From NCBI GenBank assembly GCA_964036045.1, contig OZ038378.1, positions 175,956,001 through 176,020,000 on the forward strand: DNA of 64,000 bases, read 5' to 3'. Below, piece by piece: positions 26,300-39,200 of this stretch. The DNA is from Eutreptiella sp. 'Long Island Sound 2002' (Eukaryota > Protista > Euglenida). The position numbers were made by a program, and so were the translations under genes. The notes under the pieces are model-generated. The model was not told the origin of the DNA, did not search any database, and saw only the letters and a list, made by a program, of their open reading frames with translations. Numbering within the stretch: position 1 is the first letter of the stretch; each line of letters opens with the position of its first letter.

Positions 26300-27080
26300 G
26301 CATCACGCTTTGCTGGAGGTTTGGGTGCAGGGTTTGGGGGTTGCTTTGGGAAGAAGTTTGGGCGCAAACTGCAGCCACCATGTTTGCAAACTCCTGATGG
26401 TCTGGGCAAGGGATGGGACTCTTATCGGACAGTTTCCGCTCATCAACTTTGTCACTAATCCATTCACAATATTGTTGCGACATCCACCTGTCGAAGTTAC
26501 CACTTATCTCAACCTGGTCACATGCGGCAGTCCTCTTGGCCAACAGAGCTGCCTTGACACAAAATATGAACAACGTGCATCTCAAAACCAAGGTATTTAC
26601 GAAGCACACATGGCACACAGTAGAACAAATTGAAAAACACACCGCCAAAATCAACAGTGCAAAAATTGACGGACCCCCAACGCCTAGTGTTGCTTGGACA
26701 TGGGTGTTGCTTGGAGAAAGCAGGGGGGGGGTACCAATACAACATGGCACACTGTCGCCACACCAATGATGCATGCAGATGGGCGGACAATGGATAGAAT
26801 GTCGGAAGATGAGTGCCAACACCAAGCATACAGGTGGGGGGGGGGGGGGGGGATGGACATTGTCAATTGAAATTGCACCTCCCAGCCTGCACAGTGTTGT
26901 AGTTTACTTCAACGTGCACACATATGCAGATCCATCCTCCCCCTGTTGCATGTCTCATGTATGGAATAAAAAGCATCTTCAAATGGCTATATCCAGGAGC
27001 AAAACAACCTGCTCAACTACAATCGCATTGGCTGCCATATTCCAGCTGAGGGCAAAAAAATATGCTAAAAAACGTGCAGT
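26300..27080 (-). pseudogene. pogo/Tc5-like (DDE_1) transposase relic
   Basis: VVLLLD motif near 26990, then AACDQVEISGNFDRWMSQQYCEW...P.P...F..MV, resembling QPxD..i...fK..m...y..W. Stops and an inserted repeat are present. Confidence 0.5.
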
Positions 27081-28389
27081 ACCGTAGTGATCTCTGCATT
27101 GAATGGTCAACATTTGGCAAGCCTAGTTCAGGGCCATGGATGCACAAGCGGGCTCCCTACATTTGGGCCACCAGAATATAAACAACCATGATGTCAAGCG
27201 ATATTGCTGCTTGTGCCAATTACGGATCCAATGGCACGCGCGAGGTTTGGCATGTCCAAGCAGATTGGGTGAGTCAGGGAATAGCATACCTTGAAGGACA
27301 ACGAAGGATCTTCAGGGCTAGCAGAACAAAAGAAACCACTCAGCAGCACAGGACTGCGGATTGTGGACACACAGCTCAAGACCACATACTGCACTTGCAT
27401 ATGTACAAGAACACGCAGGTAAGTGCTGCACGTTGATCCCGCAAACCATGGTATTCGTAAGATGCATGTACTCCTAAAGGTGACATGGCACAGAGCAAAA
27501 GAAGTCCAAGACACGCTCCGCAACCTATTCCAAAAACAGCTTTCGTGATCAGATGCGAAAATAGATACTTGCATGTAATCGCCCACCGACCTCAGAAGAG
27601 GGCCTGTGTTTGGATTCCTCTTGGGAGATTCGCGTGGAATTCAAGAAATTGGCAACACTCACCAAAAATTTGGAAACCCACAGGGAACCAGTGTTGGGAG
27701 GCAAGGGGGCGGGGGATACAGGGCCCCAGCCAACTTATCAGACACACCCACCCACCCAATGAACCGTCCTCAAGGGAAAGGTGGGATGGGGGTTCAGGAG
27801 GCCGACAAAGTAGGTAGCTGTGTACAGACCCTAAGCCCCGCAAGAAGTCAGAGGGGTGGAGGTGGGAGGAACGGAGGCGCACAAAGAGGGGATATTTGTT
27901 TGGCGTGAGCCCAATGCACTTCTTTTGTGCCAAGCATCCCAACTTTAGCGCAAGCTTTACCTTCCCTGGGAGAGGCCCCCCAAGCAGACCAGAATCAACC
28001 CCAAACCCTTCCCACACAGCAGACAACAGTGTGAATGCGGTGCGTAAACCGTAACACCATTGTAGCCACCCCTGTGCCACCTCTTTGCTCATTCTTCTTA
28101 GCGCTTTGCATGACATCTCCCAGGGCCTTTTTCAACGCCCCCAAATGGTTCGAATGACGCAGCTAGTACCCAGGCAATACGGATGGGGTACAGACCCAGT
28201 GTAGCAGTGGTGCCAGCCCAAATGTTGTTGGAACAAATGGCACCAGCGGTGGTGACAGCAATAGTGGTGCATCAATTTCCCCAGCCACGCTAGGCCGCCG
28301 GCACCCCACACATTGGGCACCAGAGGCTTTGACAGTATTTCATTACGTCCCATGGTCACTGCTGGATTCAGTCACAGTCCGAGTTTTGA

Positions 28390-30191
28390 CTACAAGGCAG
28401 GTGCTAGCGCCAGTCTCCTTGCGTTCCGGCTTCCTGCAGCTCGAGTCCATGTGCATGCGATCAGGGCCGGATCCGGTTGGGTACTGGTTGTCAAAAACGC
28501 ATGCAGTGTGACGGAAGCAGGCCACTCTACAGTGAGGCTCTGCCCGAACCTTGCGGGGGGCGTCTGCAGCAGATCGCGGAGCTCACGGGCGTGCCGTAGC
28601 CGGACAGTGGCCAGACAACAGCAGTACACTTGGGATGGAAGGAGGTGGAGATAGTCTCTCATGACACTGGGCTGTGAACCTCTGTATCCACCGCAGTCAT
28701 AGAACCATCACGAATCCTTTATTGGTGTCATCTGTGCACTTGTTGTGTCCATCATTCCCCCAAGCAGCGCAGTCTGGATGTGGGATTGTAGACGTGTCCT
28801 GATGCCGACAAGTGCCGCCGTGCTTACAATGCATCCTGCGCTTCACCACTGTTGCCGTGCACCAAAGTGGCCGCCGGATCTAGCCGACCAATCGTCATCG
28901 GACCGCACCTTCAACTGTAAGCGTCACTGGCGTTGGGGTGAGCAACGAGCGGCCCACAAATTTGCCTGGGCACCAGCCCCCCTGCTCCTCCCATTTTCGC
29001 CCCTGCCCAGGCCATAAGATTGCAACGTTCTGTGACCAAAATACCGGCATCCTGAACTGCAACACACCGTGACCCCCTGTTGCCACGCCTGGTGCCTGAT
29101 TGAGTTGCGACTGCCCAAATGTGCAGCCCACACATCAACATTGGGCACCGATTCCGATTCCCCATTCATGCAAACGCTTGTGTAGGACGATCTGGGGCGA
29201 TAACGATCTGACTGTCCTAACCTTCGCGTCGCAAAAAGAATGAAGATCTCAGTGGGTGTTTTTCACACGCGTTCTTTGTGGAAGGGAAAGATATCATCTG
29301 CTGCTTGCACACGTCAAAAGTGCTGCCGTACATAGAGCGCCATGCTGGGCATCAACCCCCCCATTTTAGGAGGTGGTCCGGCTTCATGGGCTCACCAATA
29401 CGTGCGCACGGTCTTGTCACTGGATCCAGTGATAAGGAGCTGGTGCGTGACGTACAAGGCCCGTATCCCCTTGGCATGATCCTTGATCTCACGCATGACC
29501 TCGCCCGTACCCAAATCCCAGAGTCGGAGGCTGTCATCCCCGGCGCTCCACAGCCCCACATCCGTCATTTGAAGCATGTAGGTCTTCTGGGTGTGCCCCA
29601 CGATCTTGCTCACCCGGACCAGCGGGTCCTTACTCCAGATAGTGATGGATCTCGCAGCTGTGAACACGTACGCATCGTTGACAATGACGCTGGTCAGGTC
29701 ACCCGAGTGGGCCTTGACCATCTTGTGCAACTGCAATGAAGACGAGATGTCAGTGGAATCCAGAGTTATGCAGCTAGGATCGTGCCATGTCACCCCCCCC
29801 CCCCCGGTTCGTGCACACCGGCCAGTTACAGGCGGGACGAAAGCAGTTGGGGTGGAGCTCACCGTAATCTCCAAAGGGGGAGGGGTTGCAACCCCACCCA
29901 CCCACTTTAGGGTTGCATGTGGGTGCTGGCAACCCATAACAATAAACTCGAGGGGAAATATGATCCGACACTGATCGAGAATTGCGATATGCTTTTGCTG
30001 GTTGGTGTTTGTTGTCCAATGCCAGACACCTTTCTCTTTGATAAAGTCACGACCCAACTCTGGGACTACGTTCGGCTGCATTGAGGTGGACACCCAACGC
30101 TCCTTGCTTGATGCCCGTGTATTGGAGAAAAACTGATGTTCTACGACAAACCGGCACTTGCAAATTGAGAGGCATGTGTGCATCGACTGGA

Positions 30192-30276
<85 letters not shown>

Positions 30277-33200
30277 TGCACGTCGCCGTCAAGGGGTGGG
30301 CGGCTGTGAATTGGTGGTTCTCAGCTGGTTCCTGCACCAGTCGCACCACCCTTGGGGCAAGAAGGCGTCGACGCTGGCAGAACACCGATGGACTCAGCGG
30401 AGGTACACTGGTGTGACATCAAGTCCATGGAGCTCTGGATTGACCCCTCTGGGTACTGTTGGATAGTAGAGGAGTGGCGGTTGTTGGCCTCTGACACCTC
30501 TGCCTGTAAAGTGGGCAGCGTGCACATCGCCATCTCTACCTCCCCTGGGTCCCATTGCACGGATACCATCGTCAGCATCCAGAGGCTGGAGGCCTAGACG
30601 CCTCCTTGGTTGTTGCTGCCACCGTAGCAGGGAATCTGGGCCCACATGGTCGACACCAAGATCATTGACCGCATCGCCTCCATGGTCTTGGCCTCAGACT
30701 ACAAGGGGCACATAGGACCCACTCCAGGACTTGTCAACCAGCATGCTCCAGACAGCTGGACCCGGGCCCTCCACAACCACAAACAAAGCCAGCCCATGGC
30801 CTACCTCCAGCTCATCCACCAGACATTCACACAAACACTCCACCTCCTCGAACTGGCTGGACATAGGGGTACTGGAGGGGCACTGCAGTCCAATGACAGG
30901 GTGACCCCGGTGGACAACCCGGAGAAACATGCCAAGCCCAGGAGGTCCGGGGGCTCACTCACCATAGCAATGTCCACCCTCACCGCTCTCACCCACTTGC
31001 ACTAGGAGGCTACGCCTGCCCCAGGGTGTCACATGCCCAGGAAAACCCCCGATGTACAGAGCTGCAGCTAGCAGGGTCCCGGTTAGGACGATCAGCATGT
31101 TCTTCACTCACCACTAAGCGGGAATGGAGTGTGATGCCAAGGTCTCCACCATGAAGGTCCTGCATGTCCATAGAGATCAAAGACCCTGTGCACCTGTTTT
31201 GTCTGAGCCGAGACCTTTGCGCGCAGCTATACGTGTCCTAGCCACACACCTCCACCTAAGAGACAGGGCTAGGTGGCACTGTGGGCGCAAAAAGGGGTAT
31301 CTTGTTTTAGACTCACCCCATGTAGCACTAATGTAGGCCACCTCTCGGGTGTTAGACGCGGCCAAATTTGAATGTGCTACATTCAAACATCGCAACAGTA
31401 AGGTGAGTGACGGCCTCTACCCATGGTCACAATTTTATGCTAGGTGACAACCTCTGCTAGCCGGAGCGCTGTCGGGTGGAGTCCCTCCGATAGCGCCTTG
31501 AGTCCGATCGTGGCTGGTAGGTGTATAAGTACCTCACTGGCACGTCTCAGGGGTGGCCAGAAACACCCCCCACATACACCAACCACCCCTATGACCCCTT
31601 CCTCGGGTTGGACGGACTCTACCGTGTTGACAATACCCACTACCCAGTTTTATACAATCACATCACGCAAGCATCAAGCAATGATCAAGTTCCAACCACT
31701 GCCAAACTCTTCACCAAATTATGAGGACTTTTTGATCATCCACCATGAAGTGGATGGGAAAGCAGTTGCCCATGAAGCCACTGCACTCCAGCATATCGAG
31801 TTCCAAATAAAGAGCCCCTCATTATTTGGTGGCCACAAGCCCATACAAATCTGTGGAAAGCCACGCAGCATGCATTAACCCCACTAAAAGGGCTATTTTG
31901 GGGTGTTTTGCACCATGAGAGGCACCAGTTGGTTAGCTTGGTGCTGCCACTAAGACAGCCTAAGCATTGATCCATACCGAAATCCTGTCCCGCTTTTTTC
32001 TCATATTTGGACCTTTGGACTTGTGACAAGTAGTAGGGGTCTATGGTCATAGCTCTAGGGACCCCGTCCTAGACACAAGACCTTGACATAGGCAAGATTG
32101 TACTTGAGGGTGTCCAACTCCATGGCTCAAGCATGCAGGGGAGTGCAAACAGCTTCCATCCTGATTTGCATCAACCACCTTGTTCCATCGTGGTCGTACA
32201 TGCGGAATGCTTGGCAGAGAAGGTGCCAAGCGCAATTTTTGTAGTGTATGTGTCTGCATATGGAACATGTAGCCATGTGCCTTGTAGCCATGTGCCTTGG
32301 GAGGTGTGGGGGTAGGATTGCAATCTTGATCCCCCAATGAGGCCCTTGAAAGGGCCTAGAGTCGCGCTATTTTACCTCAAGTGTAGGGCCCTATGTATAG
32401 CATGGTAGATGGACGCTTGGGCCACGGGCTTCATCCAAGGGGTTGCGCCGAGCTGCAAGTTCTTGAGGATTGAGGGGAGAGCCTCCTCCATGGGAGACTA
32501 GGAGGGTGCACAGTTGACAGTTTATGGCACCATCCACCCCATGCCACAGAAGAGGGGGAGAAGCAACTCACTATACAACAGGGTGGAAATGCGCCCATTG
32601 ACGAAGTGCAAGGTCCATGTGCCTTTGGTGAATGCTATAGGCCAACTCAGTCTCACCCACCGCCAACTCGGGTCACCAAAGCCAGGTTTGGGGTGTCAAG
32701 ACCAGCCAGCAGGACGATGGCCTTGGCATCCACAAGGGTGAGGATAAGGCGGGTGCCCTCACTAGTATCTTGACGCCACGACACGTGGTAGTGTTGCCAT
32801 ACCTTGTGATGGTGTTGTACCCAACTACTTGAGCGAGGAAGAGCACAAATGAGCCTTAAGGGGTGGGGTGAGGACAACATCTCGGTCTCTAGCATAGATA
32901 TAGGGGTTGCTAGGGCTGCATTGGGCCACAAAATGCTACAACTATGGGGTAGGTGGCGCTCTGGGATCAGCGGACCTTGCTCAGGTGGTGCACTTGGCTA
33001 GTCCACGGTTGTGATCTTGGCTCCTAGGGTTGGTGTGTCACCTGCCCAATGCTCCACCTAGGTAGGGCACCAAGACTAGTGCCACCACGCTAAGATCAAA
33101 GACTAGTGGGGGAGCAAGAGATTGGCCTCGGGGTGGAGATGGTGTTCTTGTGAGACAATGTTGCCCGGAGGATGCTCGTCAACCCAGCCTACCCAATGCC

Positions 33201-36200
33201 CCAAAGCGGCTGTTGAGGGCCATGCCAGATCACATTTTCCATCCAACCCATGCTTTCCGGAACACAACTAAGTCTGACTGATGGGCACAAAGGGATGCCG
33301 ATTGGGGGTAAGCCCCACAAGTGGGTAGCTAGCTCATTGCGCACATGGAATCTTCTTGCCCAACCACTACCACCCTCGCTAGGTTGGGTCACTCCACGCT
33401 GGCAACCCCCCGAGCATCCCCCCGTGCACAACGCCCCCGCCCCCTTTCTTCCCTATGGTGCCCCCCTTCAGCAAACTCCTACTTGAATGAACTATCCTAG
33501 TGCACTATCCCAGGTGCAAAGGCTAAGCAATGGGAGGGTTAGAGACCATTGGGGGGGGGGGGGCTAGGGGCGGGAAGCAGGATCACCTGCCACTACCTCT
33601 CCCTGTCCGCAAGCCCCTTCTGTCAAGAGCCCACAGGGGGACCTAACTATGTGCCCACGGCAGATAGGTACAGCCTTAGGCTTAAGAACCAGGGCCAACC
33701 CCCGGACCCACTCCTAGAATCGGACCAGAATGGCAACACCAACAAAAAAGCGCTTGACCCCTTACTACAGTCTCTAAAAGTCCCCTAAAAGTCACGTACA
33801 TTGACCTCCGATTGAATAATAGCGGGCAGGGAGGTCAACCACGAATGTACTCGAAGACGGGTAGGGGGTTTCCCTCCCTTCGAATGACATTTTACCCCCA
33901 GCCAGGATGTCCACCCCCAATGCCCCCATGGCCCACCAACTGTTTTGTAACCACACCTTCAACCTCCGCATCCCCCCTTCGCACCCACCGAAAACTAACA
34001 AAAGGAAAAGTAAAGGTGCTATCCGTGATCAAGGTCAGCTTTGCAAGAAGAAACATGGCCCTTCAGGGGAAATGATCACGCAATCATACCAAATGGATAC
34101 ACATTCCATTAGCAGTCTTACCCACAAATGTTGGTGTGGGGCGCCATTGTTGTCCCCTTTCCCCTCGCGGCTAGTTTGCCCCTATTGGGCTCCGTCCCGT
34201 GTCATGCAAACAGCCCATCTAGGCTGCTGGAGACACCCCCCGGAGACAACCCCCACCTGATGCCGGTTGAGCACGGGTTGCCCTAGCACCCGGTGGCAAC
34301 AAGACTGGCTGGCTCGACCGTCCCCTGTGCAGTCACTGCCTCCCATTTGCATGCTCCTTCCCGGTCCATTGATGTCCCTCCTATCTCTCCTCATGTGGCT
34401 CCCATGTCCTGCCTTGATGTGTTGCCACTTCCCTTGTGTGTCAGTGCCCCATGATTTAGCCCACTAGCCCCTACCCCTGTCCCATGCTCCCATCCCCCGT
34501 GCAAGGGTTCCGCGCTTCCGCACCATGGTGCCTGCCCCGCATGCAGTGGGCTAGTCACGGCCTTGTTGGCGCCCTTCTAGCGGGCACCACCTTCGGGTCC
34601 CGGGCGCAACCCCCGACCGTGCAGAGTTTGCAGGCTCCCCACGGGGAGGCCCCTAAGCGGGGATGCCACAGCTACTGATGGCATGTTCGGTGTGTGTGCG
34701 CTTGGTGCCCGTGTCGGTGTCTACACTGTGCGATCCCACTGTTGTCCGGGTGGTGTCAGCAGCATGTGGCGCTCCTGCACAAGTTCCTGCAAGTTCCTGC
34801 AGCGTGGCTGTTTGCTGGTGTCTGATGGAGTTGCGATGTCACCCCTCCTTGGGGGGTGACAGGCTTGGATGGCCTTCCCCCTACCCCTTTGCCTTGCTCC
34901 ATGACTGAAGGAAGTGAAGGCAGGTGATGGAAAAACAACGACAATAAGGGGAGCCTCCCCCCCCCCAAGGTGGCAGGCACAGAAGGTCTTGCACTCCCTC
35001 CCCTTTTCCTTGCAACAAGACTGAGGGTTGGCGATAAGTCATGTAGAAGGAGCTGCCCAGCAGATGGCAGGCGGTGCACGGACAAGAGTCGCCCAAGTAG
35101 ATGGCTAGCGGCAAATTGATTGCAACTGCCCGGCACACGGCTGGCAGCAGCGGGATCTCGGCACCAAGTGGTCAGCGAGCAGCCGAGGACAATAACTAGT
35201 GGAACCTGCCCCATGAGATGGCAGATCAGGGTGGTCCCTCTGGCACCGCACCAGTATAACAACACTGAGGATGGTGGCTTCCCCGTGTGCCTGCTCACTT
35301 GCACTGCGGGAACAGGCAGGCCGCTGCTTTGAGCCGCATAAGAGCACCGGCCTATGGGAGGCTCCATGGGGCCCCTGTCGGCTACGACAGGAGCCCCATC
35401 CTCGTAGCCAACTGTCGGCTACGAGGAGGCACAGCCATCAGTGTGACGCAGGACAAAGCGGCAGGGCTTGTGCTCTTGTGGGCACAACAATGACAGGGGG
35501 TGTCGCTGGCTGAATCGTTGGTCTTGCTACTGTGAGAGACACCGTAGATGGCTGAAGGGGGCCCAGTGCAGGCTGAAGCCAGTGTCAGTAGACGCCAGTG
35601 CAGACATTGCTGGCTCCACGTGGGTACTACTGCGCGCGGATACTGCTGTTGGTCCTGAGCCCACGCCATCAGGTACTACTGCAGGGAGAGACCAGAGCTT
35701 GGAGACCCCGAATATCCGCATAGGGAGACGGCTGCAGGGAGGCACGATGGCGAGCACAAACACTTGGGGGTGGGGGGTGGGTGTCAGGTCTGAGCCTAAG
35801 GACCCCCCATATTCAAATACTTCTGAGTCTCTCTGGGCGATATGCCCCTGGCATCAACGTGACAATGCAGGGCCACAGCTCTGGCGCTTTTTCGAACCAG
35901 AACCAGAACCCGACGAAGGGCCGCAATGTTCATCAACAGGGGCTATGCCGCCGCCGCTGGAATCGTATCCTGTGCCGTTGCCGCCCCCATTCAGGCCATG
36001 CTTCCGGGGCTGCGCTTGAGGGGGACGGAATGGGATTTCAAGGGCGGAACAATGCGCTTGGGTAGCAACTTCCGGCAGGTACAAAAAAAAACACGGTTGC
36101 ATGGCTTCACCGTCACCTCCACAAGGGCCCCTCCCGCTCAAGAACAACCCTCCACGTTTCCCAGGAGTAGCGCCGGCTTTGCATGAGGTGAAGGCAGAGG

Positions 36201-39200
36201 TGACAAACACAGAAACCTTCCCTGATGCCCGGTGCACGACACTGAGGTTCTTGTCGGTAGATGCCGCGTAGAAGAACTGTGCATCCGCCGCCAGAGCTGT
36301 GACCGCTCCTTTGTGGTGCTTAGCGTTGCCCAGCAGCCGCACCTTCCCGTCCTCCCCCACACGCCACCACACAATGCACCCGGGCACGGTTCCGCTTTGG
36401 AGGGTGCCAACCGCGACGACCCCGGCGTGCGTCCGTGGGTCACGGAGGTCGACTACGCAGCGTATGGGCCCGGGGCTTTCGATGTCCAGAAGGGGCTGAG
36501 TGCTGGACGTCAGTGCATAGGTCTTGAGGCGGCCATCCAAGGCGCCACTTGTGACCACCCCATCCGCAGTGATGCCGACGTAGTAGACAGTGCGCAAGTG
36601 CACCTGCACAAGGAGCCAGGGCTGGATGGCAAGGCTGCCGCGCGGTGCGTGAGTACCTGTGACGGGGCATCGGGAGCCCATTTTAGACACCCCCGCCGTC
36701 GTGCATGCAGTCCTGTCCTGGGATACCACCATTGGTGATGACGTCACTAGCTCCACCGCTCGCATTGTTGCTTGCATCATGCAATTAGGCGGGCTATCTC
36801 CTTCGCAAGAGCGACGTGGCGAGATAAGCAATGTTGATGTATAGGTATAGGAGGCCGAAATTGTAGAAAGGGCAGTGTGGGGCGGCGAGAAAGAAATGTA
36901 AGTCAGTCAGAAATACCCTTTTCAGGGGCACTGGGGGACTGCGATCGTAGTCGCCAACTCGACCAACAGTACATCTTTCGGGGTGAAAGGTGACCACCAC
37001 TAGCTCACTGAATGAAATGGTTGTACGGCGCCGCAGTGCAAGATGGAGTGCAAATGCAGGACGAGTGACCATTGTTGCCGAATCATTACATGGTCTACAA
37101 CTGCTGCTTTCACAAAAGTGTTGCTTGCTAGCACTGTGCCGTTATTTTTTGCACCCTTGCATACCCCGTCACGGCGTGCGTGACCCCTGGTTCTGAAATC
37201 CAGCATCACAGCAGATACGCCCTCTGCAGCAAGACACACCTCCGTCAAATTGTGCAGCAGCTGCCCCGACACGCGATCCCAGACCTTCACGGCATGATCA
37301 GTGCCGCTGCTGATAACGTACGGCCCTGCGGAGGCCACACAGTAGACCTCCAGCTGGTGGCCCTTCAGAACGTGCCGGCACCGCAGCGTATCCCGCTGCC
37401 CCACCGGGGCACAAGCGGACACAGTGTTCAGCTGGGGCACAGAGGACTTGAGTCCCTGAAGAGCCACGGCGGCGTCCTCTCCGAAGCTGCAGCCGTCCAA
37501 CGCCAAAAGCGTCAACGCCGGGTGTGCTTCCAGAGCCTCTGCCAGCGCCACAACCCCCGGGGATCCAACCTTGCTGTTGTTGTCGAGGCGCACCTCCTGC
37601 AGCCCCGCGGTGTCTCGCATGGCCACTGCAAGGCAAGCCTGAGAAGGGATGGGGTGGGAGCAGTGTGACGTGTGACGGGAGCCGACATCGCACAGCCGAC
37701 AAGGCAACTGACGGTTGCTGTGCACCTTTGCTATTTTTGAGATGTTGATGCTGCAGGTGGTGGTGGGGGACCAGGGGGGTTCTGTCGTTCGTGTTGTTTG
37801 TAGTGTCGTGCTATCATTATCGCGGATGGTGGCTGTGGTGATGGCGGAAAGCTTGGTGTTGTTTGTCGTGCTGATATTGGTGGTGTTGACAGTAGGTGTC
37901 AGTGGCATTGGTACTGGTGTCGGTGCTGGTGGTAATGTGCGTGTCCCCGGTGGTAATCTGCTATTGCTGTCGGTGATGTGTGGTGCTTGTGTTTTGGTGG
38001 TGGGTTTTGTGGTGATGGCAGTGGTATTGTTGGTGTTGGTGTGTGGTCATGAATGGCGTTATTGGTGTTCTTGGTGGTGACATTGTCGTTGCGGTTCATA
38101 GCCTTGGTGGCCCAGTCAAGTGACCCACTAGCGGATATGAGCGGAACACAGGATTATAAGGGGCCCCGGCAATCCTTAGGCCACCAGTGCATGAGCTGCG
38201 GCAGGCACTCTGCCCGCATTTCCTGCTTTTGTTCGTTGGTGCGCATTACGTGCGTTGAGGACTGCGAGACTCGGGTCGCCTCCGACTAGAAGGACCGTTC
38301 TGCGCGATGCCGCTCATTCGGCGTCGAAGAGGGCCTGTCATGGACTGCCGTGACTGGCCGCTGGATTCCGCAGACGGCAGTCGGCGGTTGAACACACACG
38401 GCGCGGACGTGCCCGTTTGCTCCGACGCCGCACGGCGGGGCGGGGGCAGTCGCGTCGTGCCCGCTGTGGTATCCCCAGCGTTGTCGTCACCATCAGCTGC
38501 GGTTTTCGAGCATTTTGGTCGTAGTCAGAGCTGCCCTGTCTTTCACTGCCAACCACCTCCACCCACCACCAGCCAAACATCAGCACCACCATTACCACCA
38601 ACACGGGGGGCAGTCGGTGTAGGAAGTACGACTGAGCGCCCCCCGTGGACGATCCCGAGCAGCAGGCACGCGAGGCACGGGGCGGCGCACGCAGAACCAG
38701 ATGCGAATCGGTGAGGCTGCAGTTCTGGAGGCAGAGCCGCACGGCGCCGCTCTGAGGCAGGGCCAGGGCAAGGGCCTGCACGGAGCTGTCCCCCATGGCC
38801 TCGTCCGCCATGACCCAGTGCAGCTGCCGCGCGCCGGCCTGCAGGAGCGCCCCAACAATGGACAGGGAGCCCTGCCGCACGGCCCAGCTCAGAAGGCTCT
38901 GCCCCTCCACGAGCGCGTTCACGTCCAAACCCTGGTCCAGCAGGTCCACGAGATCGCTGAGGCTGTCGCCGCGAATGGCCACAAGCATGGCAGCGTACGT
39001 ACGATGCGACTCGCGGGTGAGGCCCTGCTCCCCCGAGAGCCGATCTATGTACGGAAGGCAGGAACACGACGGACCAGGACACAACATGACGATACAACAC
39101 AACAAAACATGAGGTGACACGAAAAAACACAACACAACACAACAGAACCAGCACAACACAACACCCCTCAACTCAACTCAACTCAACTCAACTCAACTCA

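Noticed and set aside
27485-28310. Possible non-LTR retroelement 3' fragment
   Set aside because: Motif resemblance is too weak to assign strand or family.
30321-30645. Possible extra WD40 exon in intron 7
   Set aside because: No WD motifs, and exons 7 and 8 already join in phase (RASGK-LHKMVKAH).
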